Assembly (NCBI GenBank): GCA_019057795.1
Contig: JAHLWS010000038.1
Location: forward strand, 32,001 to 96,000
Direction: 5' to 3'
DNA from: Promethearchaeota archaeon
GTDB taxonomy: Archaea; Asgardarchaeota; Lokiarchaeia; Sigyniarchaeales; SOKP01
DNA: 64,000 nt
This document shows, piece after piece, positions 40,328 to 50,317 of this stretch; position 1 is the stretch's first letter, and each line of letters opens with the position of its first letter. Under the pieces are notes generated by a model. The model was not told the origin of the DNA, ran no database searches, and saw only the letters and a program-made list of their open reading frames with translations. Made by a program: the position numbers and the translations under genes.

Positions 40328-41617
40328 TTGTTGGAAAAGATGGAAACAACTGTTACGGTACAAACTTTTAGAAGCTATATATTTTTTTGGGCTGGTCAAT
40401 TATTTTCCTTGTTAGGCTCATCTATAGTTCAAATTGTAATAATATATTGGATAACAATTGAAACCGAAAGTTTGACGATAATATCAATAGCCGCTTTTTT
40501 CTCCTTTCTACCACAATTTATTCTTGGACCTCTCGCGGGCGTATTTACTGATAGATGGAACAGAAAATTGTTAATAGGTCTTTCTGATTTTTTTCAAGCA
40601 CTTACAACTTTTAGTTTAGTTTTATTATTTTTTTTTAATATTCAGCAAGTATGGTTAATAATTTTGATTAATAGTATTAGAGGGGTATTTCAAGCATTTC
40701 ATTGGCCAGTTGTAAACGCAATAATTCCCTTAATGATACCAAAGAAACATTTAAGCAGAATGAATGGTATTAATTATTTTTTTACCGGTTTAGTTAATAC
40801 AATGGGACCAATTATAGCTATCAGTTTATTACTATTACTTCCAATTGATCAAATATTATGGGTTGACATACTTACTTTTTTGATTGCGATAACTCCACTA
40901 TTATTAATAAAAATACCTCCTTTACCGAAGAAACCTATTACTAAACATGAAAAATCGTATTTGAAAGAATTTAAAATAGGGTTTAAAGCAATTAAAATTG
41001 TTCCAGGGCTTCTAACCTTACTCTTTGTAGCGACTATTTTAAACTTTTTAGGGAATCCCTTTAACACTTTAATAATATATTATATAAAAGTGACTCATGT
41101 CGGGACCGATAGCAATCTAGCTATTGTTCTAGCATCAATTCAAGCTGGGATGTTTGTTGGAGCTATGATCGTAGTTACTAAAAAGGTTTGGAATAAAAAA
41201 CCCTTAATTATCTTTGCTGGAATTTTAATAGGTGAGATCGGACACTTAATATTAGCCATGGCACCTCCACAAAATTTTCTTATGATTAGTATTGGTGGCT
41301 TCATGTTTGCGTTTATTGTTCCTTTTGTTAACACCATGTTTTTAACGATTCTACAAACCGTCATACCTCCAGATAAACAAGGACGAGTTATGTCTAATGT
41401 AATTACTATTGTAACTTTAGTTTCTCCAGTAGCAATGATAATATCAGGACCGATAGCAGAACTGATTGGTATTACGACCCTTTTTGTTATATGCGCCGTG
41501 CTAAATTTTATTTTTATAATATGTGTTTGGATTTTTTCAAATGTTAGAAATAATGATTACGATAAAGTGTATGAATATGAATTGGATGAAAATATTAATT
41601 ACCAAAATAGTTTTTAA
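40328..41617 (+). CDS. MFS transporter (DHA3/MefA-like)
   Basis: GQLFSLLGS, GVFTDRWNRK, 12 TM segments. Confidence 0.9.
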   Translation: MLEKMETTVTVQTFRSYIFFWAGQLFSLLGSSIVQIVIIYWITIETESLTIISIAAFFSFLPQFILGPLAGVFTDRWNRKLLIGLSDFFQALTTFSLVLLFFFNIQQVWLIILINSIRGVFQAFHWPVVNAIIPLMIPKKHLSRMNGINYFFTGLVNTMGPIIAISLLLLLPIDQILWVDILTFLIAITPLLLIKIPPLPKKPITKHEKSYLKEFKIGFKAIKIVPGLLTLLFVATILNFLGNPFNTLIIYYIKVTHVGTDSNLAIVLASIQAGMFVGAMIVVTKKVWNKKPLIIFAGILIGEIGHLILAMAPPQNFLMISIGGFMFAFIVPFVNTMFLTILQTVIPPDKQGRVMSNVITIVTLVSPVAMIISGPIAELIGITTLFVICAVLNFIFIICVWIFSNVRNNDYDKVYEYELDENINYQNSF

Positions 41618-41672
41618 AAAATAGCTTTTTAATTATTTTATACATCCCATTAAAACTTTATATTAAAAAAAA

Positions 41673-42809
41673 ATGACGAAAGCAATAATTTTATCGGGTG
41701 GATGGGGTACTCGTTTACGCCCTTTGACATGTACTATACCCAAAACATTAATTCCAATCGTGAATAAACCAGTTATTGAGCGGCAGATGCTCTTATTAAA
41801 AGCAGCTGGAGTTAAAGAAGTAGTTTTAGCCGTAAGTGTGATGGATGATATTGTTAAAAGCTATTTCAAGGAAGGTAGAATGTTAGGAATAAAAATCCAT
41901 TATACAAACGAAAAACATCCAATGGGAACTGCGGGAGCAATTAAATTAGCAGAATCTTACCTCGAAAATGATAACTTTTTCATGTTAAATGGAGATGTAA
42001 TTTTGAATTATGACTTTAGCGATATGCTTAAATTTCACGAAAAGTGTAAAGGTATTGGAACAATAGCCAGTAAAACCGTAGAAGATCCCTCAAGATATGG
42101 CGTATTGATAGTAAATAATGAAACACACCAACTACTAAATTTTCTTGAAAAGGACGAATACACTCCTCCAGACGGCAAATATGTTCCTATGCCTATTAAT
42201 GCTGGTGTGTATATCCTAGAACCTGAAATATTTTCCTTTATCGAACCAAATAAAAAAGTTTCTATTGAAAGGGGCGTATTTCCTAAAGTTTCCGATAAAA
42301 ATAAGCTCTATCATTACCCAATTAGTGGAATATGGAGCGATGTTGGTAATCCTTACGATTTATTGCAAGGAAATGTTCTATTAATGAACGACTTAATAAA
42401 AAATCAGAAAGGAAATGTAAAAAATTTAATAGAACCTTCTACAGACATCCATCCAAGCGTAAAAATTTATCCTCCTTGTACAATTGGTGAAAGCGTTGTA
42501 ATTCGAGGTAATTGTAAAGTTGGTCCGAATGTAATAATCGGCGACAATGTATCTATTAATAACCATTCCGAACTTAAGGAGTGTCTAATCTTTAACAAGA
42601 CACATATCTCAAGTAATGTTCAAATCGAAAAAGCTATCATCGCTGATAATTGTAATATCCAAGAAAATGTAAAATTGAAAGGTAATAACGAAAATTTAAT
42701 AATTTTAGCCTCATATGTACAAGTTTCGAAAAACCTCGAATTAATTGCCCCTAAAACAATCTCATTGACGGTATGTCATCACGAAGTAGTAAAAGAAAGT
42801 TTAAAGTAA
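41673..42809 (+). CDS. NDP-sugar pyrophosphorylase (mannose-1-phosphate guanylyltransferase-like)
   Basis: GGWGTRLRPLT..PK, GTAGA, NGD, C-terminal hexapeptide repeats. Confidence 0.9.
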   Translation: MTKAIILSGGWGTRLRPLTCTIPKTLIPIVNKPVIERQMLLLKAAGVKEVVLAVSVMDDIVKSYFKEGRMLGIKIHYTNEKHPMGTAGAIKLAESYLENDNFFMLNGDVILNYDFSDMLKFHEKCKGIGTIASKTVEDPSRYGVLIVNNETHQLLNFLEKDEYTPPDGKYVPMPINAGVYILEPEIFSFIEPNKKVSIERGVFPKVSDKNKLYHYPISGIWSDVGNPYDLLQGNVLLMNDLIKNQKGNVKNLIEPSTDIHPSVKIYPPCTIGESVVIRGNCKVGPNVIIGDNVSINNHSELKECLIFNKTHISSNVQIEKAIIADNCNIQENVKLKGNNENLIILASYVQVSKNLELIAPKTISLTVCHHEVVKESLK

Positions 42810-42811
42810 AA

Positions 42812-43624
42812 ATGAGCGATCAATTAGCACCTGAAAAAATTTATTTCAAAGTACTTAATAACGAAGTAGGAAAGAAGGACGCCTTAAAGCTATTCGAATC
42901 GTTAATAAATAAAAGTGATAACGAGGATATTAGATATTCAAGCTTAGAATATATCGGTAAATTATCGATTGAAGACGAACTAACCTTTAACATAATTGAG
43001 AATTGCTTAATTTCTGATGAGTCTACTTTAGTTAGATTTGAAGCGGCTAAAGTATTGATCCAGAACTTTCCAGCACGGGAACACGAACCTTTATTATGGG
43101 CGATCCAAAATGAAAAATCTATATATTTCTTTAAAAAACTATTAGATTTATTTGAAACAGGCGAGTATCCTCAATTTGAAGAAATTCGAGAAAAAGCTTT
43201 AAAAAAAATTAGAACTTATTATAACTTAAATTCAGCAGACTCAAAATTTATTCTCGATATCGATTACTTAGATTATATGAAATTTAGGAGCGAATTAAAG
43301 AATTTTTTACAAAAGTTTGAGTTATCAGACGAAGCTAAACAAGTACTAATTAAAGAAAATACCGAAATAGGGTATAAAGGACTAGGTTGCGTTAGAGCTG
43401 CCAAAAAAGGCTTCATATTAAGTTTGTCTCTCAAAGACCTTAAAGAAATTCCATCGTCGATTTGTAAGCTATCAAAATTAGAATCCTTAGAAATATCTTA
43501 TTGTAAACTAGAAAAATATCCAGATCCTTGCCCAAATCTTTTGTCACTTAAGAAATTAGTTTTCAGCAACAATCAGTTAGACAATTTACCTAGCTGGGTT
43601 ATAGAGTTTGCAAACAAAAATTAA
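42812..43624 (+). CDS. HEAT-repeat plus leucine-rich-repeat protein
   Basis: LISDESTLVRFEAA (HEAT); LSKLESLEISYCKL and LKKLVFSNNQLDNLP (LRR); start moved to ATG 42812, just after the upstream stop. Confidence 0.75.
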   Translation: MSDQLAPEKIYFKVLNNEVGKKDALKLFESLINKSDNEDIRYSSLEYIGKLSIEDELTFNIIENCLISDESTLVRFEAAKVLIQNFPAREHEPLLWAIQNEKSIYFFKKLLDLFETGEYPQFEEIREKALKKIRTYYNLNSADSKFILDIDYLDYMKFRSELKNFLQKFELSDEAKQVLIKENTEIGYKGLGCVRAAKKGFILSLSLKDLKEIPSSICKLSKLESLEISYCKLEKYPDPCPNLLSLKKLVFSNNQLDNLPSWVIEFANKN

Positions 43625-43688
43625 AATTAAAAAACTATTTACAGAATAATCCGAGAGAAAACTCATAAAATCATATGGAGCATGTAAT

Positions 43689-43976
43689 ATGGAAGATTTG
43701 AAGGAAAAAGGTTTAAAAATATATAACGCAATGTTTCAAGGAGCTAAAAATGTTGAAATTGATGAGATTGAATACACCATTAAAAAATTTTCAAGCGGAA
43801 TTAAATTTGTTGATTTATTTGGGTACCGCTTTATCGAACAAAATCGCAACAAAAAATCAGAATGGGGGAAAAAAGCTCGAGAGGGCCATAAAATTATGTG
43901 GATAATTAAAGGAAGAAAATACATCTCCCAAATAATAGATGGAGAATATATCGAATTAAAGAAAAAATCAGTGTAA
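43689..43976 (+). CDS. Hypothetical protein
   Basis: 95-aa ORF with GGAG RBS; IEQN..K.SEWG..AR.GHKIMW. Confidence 0.7.
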   Translation: MEDLKEKGLKIYNAMFQGAKNVEIDEIEYTIKKFSSGIKFVDLFGYRFIEQNRNKKSEWGKKAREGHKIMWIIKGRKYISQIIDGEYIELKKKSV

Positions 43977-44333
43977 AATTGTTTCATTTTTGAAAAAATA
44001 CTCATAATCTACATATAAATTTATACAATTTCAAAAGCAATTCATTTAATCGCTTATCAGAATTTAAAGTCTTCAGAATTACATCCAATGTAGTTCATTC
44101 GACTTAATTTCAGAAAAAAAAGAAGAATAGATGAAGATCTGAAGATATAAACCGTTTTAAAAATGGGATCGTCCTCCCATTTAATGTTTTAAAGTGTTAC
44201 AGAATCACATTATTTAGTATTACTCAGAATTCTGAAACCACAAAGACTGAACTCCAGATTATTTTTAATTATATAATGCTATTTTGTAATTGTATAAAAA
44301 TAAAAATAACTTAAAATGGAGAATTGAAACATA

Positions 44334-44522
44334 ATGAATGAATTAGTAGAAATTAATGTTGAATATTATGAATTTTTGAGTGTCATTCACGAAATATCGA
44401 GAAAATCGCAATCTATACAGAAAGATTTAATAAGAAAAGTCTATCAGAATTATGATTTGAGTCTATATCGAAAAAAATTAGAGAAAGAAATAGCAGAACT
44501 CGATAAATTAATAATTAAGTAG
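44334..44522 (+). CDS. Small hypothetical protein
   Basis: 62 aa, GGAG upstream. Confidence 0.5.
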   Translation: MNELVEINVEYYEFLSVIHEISRKSQSIQKDLIRKVYQNYDLSLYRKKLEKEIAELDKLIIK

Positions 44523-44586
44523 AATACCTACTTATCTTTTAAATCCTTTTTTTTTAATTTAAACTTTTAAATAATTGATATTTTTT

Positions 44587-45186
44587 TTATATTTTGTCTA
44601 ATTTTCCTGCAATTAATTCCAAATAAGATTTTCTAATTGATTCTTCCTTTTTAATTCCAAATTTCTCTAAAAATTGAAAAAGAATCTTTCTACTTTTCTT
44701 TATATCTTCGTACGATTCGGTCATTAATTCAACTTCTACGAAATGTTGCTTTAAAATAGGTAAATAATCGATTAAAGCTTCGATTCTCACATCTTTAAAT
44801 AAAAATTCATATAATTCTCTTTCTTTAACGACGGTAAACACTTCTCTAAATCCTAATAGTTTGAGAAGATTTTTCATATCTTCAATTTCATTTATTTTTA
44901 CCTCGATCTCTTCTCTTGTTTTGGTTGTTATATCAATTTTTTTACCTTTATAGGTTATAAAATAGTTAATTTTCTGAGTTTTTTCTGAATTATCCTTATT
45001 AAATTCAATGGATTTTCTTAATCTTAGTGCTTCGTCAGTTTGTTTAAAATCCCTTAATCCTTTAGGCATATTAAAATATGTGTCTTCATGGTGTAAAGAA
45101 ATTTTGTAAACCCCTTTGTTCTCTTCAAATCTTTTCCTCACTTGATTAGGATCAGAAATTTTAACTTTAATTTCGACTTCAATCAT
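44587..45186 (-). CDS. cyaB: CYTH domain protein (class IV adenylate cyclase-like)
   Basis: EVEIK, DTYF, ALRLR, REEIE, SYLEL. Confidence 0.9.
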   Translation of the reverse strand: MIEVEIKVKISDPNQVRKRFEENKGVYKISLHHEDTYFNMPKGLRDFKQTDEALRLRKSIEFNKDNSEKTQKINYFITYKGKKIDITTKTREEIEVKINEIEDMKNLLKLLGFREVFTVVKERELYEFLFKDVRIEALIDYLPILKQHFVEVELMTESYEDIKKSRKILFQFLEKFGIKKEESIRKSYLELIAGKLDKI

Positions 45187-45331
45187 AATGCTACTCTTTT
45201 CTATATTAATAACAAATATATAAAATTAATTTTTATTAAGTAATAATAGTTTCACTTAGAGTTGATAATTAATTTCCCAGAACTTTAAAACTGCTCATAA
45301 ACTCGCAGAAAAGTACGGATATCTCCCTTAT

Positions 45332-46237
45332 ATGATTGAAAGATATATTCAATTCTTAGGATTAGATGAAACATTAAAATTATTAGAGGCAAATGAGCGG
45401 CCATTATTACCCTCAATACGTATTAATACTCTTAAAATTTCTATTTCAGAAATAAAAAAACGAATAGAAAAGAAAGGAAATGAGTTAGAACCAATTGAAT
45501 GGATTCCTTATGGATTTAATATTGTTAAAGAAAGTTTTAATTTAGGCTCTTCTCATGAATTTCTACAAGGTTATTATTATTTACAAAACATTGCTTCAAT
45601 GCTTTCAGCTATTATTCTCGACCCTAAGCCAAATGATACTGTTATTGATATGTGCGCAGCTCCCGGAAGTAAGGCAACCCATTTAGCTCAACTAATGGAA
45701 AATGAAGGCACACTTATTCTAATTGATAAAAATAAAAATCGAATTCCTGCTTTAGAAATTAATCTGCGTAGAATGGGGATTATAAACTCTATAGTACTTA
45801 ATATGGATGCTATATATTTATCAAATTTAAATACCAAGGGTGATAAAATTCTGTTAGATGCCCCGTGTACTGGAGAAGGATTGATACGACAAGATAAAAG
45901 TAGAAAGAAAAGCAAAAAAATGAGAGATCTTGAAAAAATGGCTGTAATTCAAAAGAAATTATTAAAAGCAGGATTAAAGGGACTAAAAACCGGAGGAAAG
46001 ATGTTATATTGTACATGTTCTATTGCTCCTGAAGAAAATGAGTTAGTTGTAAATCATGTTTTAAATGATTTAAATAATTGTTCCATTGTTAAGATTTCTA
46101 GAGATTATGGTGTGAAAGGATTAACTGAAGTTTTTGGAATTAACTTATTAGATGATTTGAAATTCTCACAACGGTTATATCCTCATATTCATGATACTAT
46201 AGGATTTTACTTCTGTCTTATAAAAAAAGTGGATTGA
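45332..46237 (+). CDS. RsmB/NOP2 family RNA m5C methyltransferase
   Basis: DMCAAPGSK, LDAPCTG, YCTCS; reading frame is open further upstream. Confidence 0.92.
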   Translation: MIERYIQFLGLDETLKLLEANERPLLPSIRINTLKISISEIKKRIEKKGNELEPIEWIPYGFNIVKESFNLGSSHEFLQGYYYLQNIASMLSAIILDPKPNDTVIDMCAAPGSKATHLAQLMENEGTLILIDKNKNRIPALEINLRRMGIINSIVLNMDAIYLSNLNTKGDKILLDAPCTGEGLIRQDKSRKKSKKMRDLEKMAVIQKKLLKAGLKGLKTGGKMLYCTCSIAPEENELVVNHVLNDLNNCSIVKISRDYGVKGLTEVFGINLLDDLKFSQRLYPHIHDTIGFYFCLIKKVD

Positions 46238-46332
46238 TTTTTTTTTGTAGAATTTTGGTCTATATGATTTTATATGATTAAGTCAATTATTTTTTCATAT
46301 AATTTGTATTATTCTGTGGAATCCTCCTTATT

Positions 46333-47346
46333 ATGTTGAATTATTTAAGAGATGATCTTAAGACTAATTCTAATACTCTAGATCCCAGATTATTTGTTTC
46401 CCAAGATAAGTTATACTTATATTTATTAAGAAACAATCTTTATAGAATTCTTAACAGAAGTATAAAGGACACCATTTTTAAGAAATTAATAAAACTTGAA
46501 ATTCTGAAAGCTCCTAAAGGAACAATTACAGATCTTTTAAGATTTTTTAACGAATTAGAAGAAGAATTATATAAATTTGTATATCAAGTATCCCATTTAG
46601 ATTTACTTATACAATTGTTTATCTCTAATATGAAAACTCAGATTTTAACTAAAGCAATCGGATTAGAACATCAGACTGTAAAGAGAGTTATAGAGATCGC
46701 TGAAGAGATTTTGAGTAAAAATAAAGTAATGAATGTGGAAATTTTATACAAGGTGGCAAAAAAAAGATTAAAAATACCTAGAAATGGTCTCTTATTTATA
46801 ATACAATTTTTAATAAATAAAAAAATATTGATTGAGGGTTCAAAATTCTCAAGGGAAACAGTTCTTTCAAATTATATTAGAAATAGGATTTATAGATATA
46901 TAACAATAAATCCTGGAGCACACTTTTCAATTCTAAGAAAAAAAGCTTTATTAGAAGAAACGGGGAGTTCTGGACAATTAGTATGGCATTTGGAGATGCT
47001 TCTAAAATTTAATTACATTAAAAAGATAAAAGTTGGGCATTACACTGTTTTTCTTCCATATGAACTTGATGAGAATGTTGGGAAAATCCTCTTCATCTTA
47101 AGAGATCGAATAAATGACAAAATAATTCATCTCCTTATTGAGAATGAAACTTTCATCAAATCGGATATATATAAAAAAATTAATGAAAAGAGAGCGGATG
47201 TATATTATCGCATCAATAATTTATTAGAACATGGTATAATTACTTTAAACCAAGATTTGGACAAAGAAATGTGTATAAACCATGATTTAAGGGAAGATAT
47301 CATTAAAATTATAGATACAACAAAATCTTTTATTAAAAAAACATAA
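46333..47346 (+). CDS. Multi-winged-helix protein, probable regulator
   Basis: RNRIYRYI..NPGAHFS.L......GQLVWHL..L plus a second wHTH. Confidence 0.75.
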   Translation: MLNYLRDDLKTNSNTLDPRLFVSQDKLYLYLLRNNLYRILNRSIKDTIFKKLIKLEILKAPKGTITDLLRFFNELEEELYKFVYQVSHLDLLIQLFISNMKTQILTKAIGLEHQTVKRVIEIAEEILSKNKVMNVEILYKVAKKRLKIPRNGLLFIIQFLINKKILIEGSKFSRETVLSNYIRNRIYRYITINPGAHFSILRKKALLEETGSSGQLVWHLEMLLKFNYIKKIKVGHYTVFLPYELDENVGKILFILRDRINDKIIHLLIENETFIKSDIYKKINEKRADVYYRINNLLEHGIITLNQDLDKEMCINHDLREDIIKIIDTTKSFIKKT

Positions 47347-47372
47347 TTAATCGTTAGAGAAGAGGAAAGAGA

Positions 47373-48692
47373 ATGGTTTTAAATTGGAATATTGAGGTTA
47401 TTGTTGATTTTTTGTGCTTTGCGCTTACTTTCATTCTTACAATAGTTTCATACTATACTCCAAGAGCTAAAAAGATTAAATCGCTATTTTTTATTAGATT
47501 AGGCTTTATCTCTTTTTGGATCTTTATATTATTAGATGGGCTGTCAATTCTATTTTTAAATGAATATCTAGGTGTTCTTAGTGGATTTCTTCTTATTCCA
47601 GCAGCATTATTTATAATAATTGGTGTAAATTATACAATCAAAGACCACTTTTATTCCTTTGGATTTCTTATCACTTTTGGCTTAACTGTGTTATTCATAT
47701 ATATTGGAATCCAACCCGGTGCTGTGGAAATAGGACCACAAGCGGGATATCTAGGAATAAGGTGGATAGGGTTATTTAGTACTTTGGGAACGATATTAAC
47801 TGGTATCTCGTTGTTTTATTTATTTTATTGGGGTATAAAGACGTGGATAAATGCACCATTTTTGATTAAAAAAGAAGCATCTATATTTTTTATCGGAGTT
47901 TTTTTCGTTTGCCCTTGTGGTTTTATCTTTTATATCTTGTACTTTTTTGACCCAATTTATATTATATTTAGTGATTTTTCTATACTTATAGGTGCTATAA
48001 TCCTAATATTCACTGTTTTAAGGGAACCTAAACTATTATATATATTACCCTTTTCAATCCATAGAATTGTTGTTAAAGACAGGAACGGTCATCCCTTATA
48101 TGATCATGATTGGTCTGAAACAAATATAAGTGAAGCAATTTTCACAGGCTTTTTAAATGCAGTACAACTTATGAGTGAAGAAGTAATGAATATTGGAGGT
48201 CTTTTAGATATTAATCTAGAAGAAGGTATTTTGATATTAAAAGAATCTAAAAATATAACTGTAGGTTTAGTCGCCTCAAAAACTTCAAAATTGTTAAGAG
48301 ATTCTGTAATTAAGTTCACTGATGATTTTGAGAAGAAATTTGAACGAGAATTAAAAAGATCGGTTAAGGATATGGCTCAATACGATGCAGCATTCGAATT
48401 GATTGAAAAGTATTTTTCAAACTTTCCATATAAGATTATTAAAAGCAAAAAACAACCCCTCCTTCTAACAGGAAAATACGTAAAAATTCCATTAGAACTA
48501 GAAAACAAACTTCGAAAAATATTTCCAGATGAAGAAGAATATGAAGCTATTAAAACTGAATTGATAAAATCACCCCTCTCGTTTACTTCTGGATTCACCA
48601 AGCTTTATAACGAGTTAAAAGATGAGATTGAAAAAATCTCAGATGAAGAAATGAAATTTTTAGATGAAAATTACGACAGAAACAATCAATAG
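47373..48692 (+). CDS. 7-TM membrane protein with C-terminal longin-like domain
   Basis: Seven hydrophobic segments, then IVVKDRNGHPLY...FTGFLNAVQLMSEEV...F...FE..F...IEKYF. Confidence 0.65.
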   Translation: MVLNWNIEVIVDFLCFALTFILTIVSYYTPRAKKIKSLFFIRLGFISFWIFILLDGLSILFLNEYLGVLSGFLLIPAALFIIIGVNYTIKDHFYSFGFLITFGLTVLFIYIGIQPGAVEIGPQAGYLGIRWIGLFSTLGTILTGISLFYLFYWGIKTWINAPFLIKKEASIFFIGVFFVCPCGFIFYILYFFDPIYIIFSDFSILIGAIILIFTVLREPKLLYILPFSIHRIVVKDRNGHPLYDHDWSETNISEAIFTGFLNAVQLMSEEVMNIGGLLDINLEEGILILKESKNITVGLVASKTSKLLRDSVIKFTDDFEKKFERELKRSVKDMAQYDAAFELIEKYFSNFPYKIIKSKKQPLLLTGKYVKIPLELENKLRKIFPDEEEYEAIKTELIKSPLSFTSGFTKLYNELKDEIEKISDEEMKFLDENYDRNNQ

Positions 48693-48925
48693 TATTACGG
48701 GTTAAAGCATTAAATTTGATTATTCTCTTTTTTTTTAGAAGTTTTTTTATAATATTTACGTATAAATTTGGTCCTAGTGATTTTATATTGATAAAACATA
48801 TAATGATTTTTGGGATATATTAGGATATTTGAGAGATTTGGGCGGAATCCTCCCTTTTAATGAATTTAGGAGTAGGATAAATTGATCTTTACTCTCGAAA
48901 ACGAAAAAACCTAAGCTATAAATAT

Positions 48926-49516
48926 TCATTTTTTTAATTGTTTTCTCCTTAAATAATATCCTTTATCTAATAAATTAAAAGCAGCTATATTATTTGGGTC
49001 CATTTTTTTAAATGAACTAGAATCTATTCGAGCTCTTGATATAGCAATAATCTCATTGTTTTGATTAAAAACAGCAAGAAAGTCGTTTTTTTTTGACTCT
49101 AATGGCATCATTCTTACCATCTTTTTTAAAATATTATTTCCATAAAGAATTGATTTCTCTCCTTCTTTATTTACGATGATCTGTTTACTTTTTGGAATTT
49201 TATCATGGTTATGGATAAATTCAGCTCCTTCTAAACTTAAAAAGAAAATTCCCTTCTTAATGAAACCAAAATAAACACCTGCTGAACATACGATTTCTAC
49301 TTTAAGGATTTTTTCCAAAAGATTACCTTGATCACGGGAAATTAAATAGATTGAGGGAAACTTGGTTTCAGCTTCCAACCTATTTAAGGAAATATATAAT
49401 CTATAGTCGTTTTTCTCGAAAAAGGGTAATATATTGGGGGATAATTTTATAAGGGAGTCGTAAATCATCGTTGTTTCAATTATATTAACAAGCCTAAAAG
49501 TTTTAAAATCTCTCAT
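48926..49516 (-). CDS. NIP7-like PUA-domain ribosome biogenesis protein
   Basis: AGVYFG, FFLSLEG, GEKSILYGNNI, DKGYYLR; start moved to ATG 49516 to avoid overlapping the divergent gene. Confidence 0.8.
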   Translation of the reverse strand: MRDFKTFRLVNIIETTMIYDSLIKLSPNILPFFEKNDYRLYISLNRLEAETKFPSIYLISRDQGNLLEKILKVEIVCSAGVYFGFIKKGIFFLSLEGAEFIHNHDKIPKSKQIIVNKEGEKSILYGNNILKKMVRMMPLESKKNDFLAVFNQNNEIIAISRARIDSSSFKKMDPNNIAAFNLLDKGYYLRRKQLKK

Positions 49517-49595
49517 TCTCGAATAAAATAAAAAGAAATAAGTAATTTTATTATTATTAATCAAATAAGGTATTAAATAATAGTGATATTGAAAA

Positions 49596-50312
49596 ATGGG
49601 CATTCGAAAGATTGAAGATGAAATTGATTTACGAGAAGCTATGAAAAGGAAGGCAGCAGAGTTAAAAATAAAAGACATTCAAGCGAAAGCTTCTACAGAA
49701 AACTTTACAAAAGAAAGACTTAGGGAATTAGCGAAAAAACATGGTGTTATATTAGCTTTAACTCCTGAATTGAAGGATCAGGTTAGAGACTTGCAAAAAA
49801 AGTATAACATACCATCTTCAAAAATTATAACAGAACAAATCACGGAAAACGATGTTTTGAAGAAGTTTTCTAAAATCGATCACGAAAAGTTAGGAATGCT
49901 TGCCTATCAAAGAGTTTTGATGCAAAAAGAAGAAATTGGAGTTGGATTGATGCCTATTTCTGAAGTTTATAACTTAGTAAATACAGGTATTTTAAAAGAA
50001 GTATTAAATATAAAGGATTTACTCAAAGCATTAAAGATTCTGAAAAAGGATCGCGTCATAGAGGAACTACAAAAATTAAGGGGCAGTTCCGTAATGGTGA
50101 GGTTCTTTCCTGTTCAGTACACTAACGATCAAGTGAAAATTATCGGAATCGCAAAAGAAAAAGGTTATATCTCGCTTGAAGATGTTTGTGTTGCTCTAAC
50201 ATGGTCTCAAGATCGCGCCCTACAAACCCTAAAATCGTTAGAAGATAGTGGAGTCGCTAAATTTAGGGAATCTCTTTTAAAAGGAAAGCAGTGGTATTTC
50301 CCTTCAATATAA
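49596..50312 (+). CDS. ESCRT-II Vps22/36-like (EAP30) protein
   Basis: MGIRKI N-terminus; tandem winged helices (GLMPISEV...D..KAL..L; W...RA...L..L...G...WYFP); ESCRT context. Confidence 0.8.
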   Translation: MGIRKIEDEIDLREAMKRKAAELKIKDIQAKASTENFTKERLRELAKKHGVILALTPELKDQVRDLQKKYNIPSSKIITEQITENDVLKKFSKIDHEKLGMLAYQRVLMQKEEIGVGLMPISEVYNLVNTGILKEVLNIKDLLKALKILKKDRVIEELQKLRGSSVMVRFFPVQYTNDQVKIIGIAKEKGYISLEDVCVALTWSQDRALQTLKSLEDSGVAKFRESLLKGKQWYFPSI

Positions 50313-50317
50313 GAGAT

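Noticed and set aside
43980-44300. Possible gene remnant or ncRNA in a long intergenic gap
   Set aside because: No recognisable frame, motif or stable structure
49517-49678. Long N-terminus of the NIP7 ORF
   Set aside because: Overlaps the divergent Vps22/36-like gene and its promoter; ATG 49516 is more plausible
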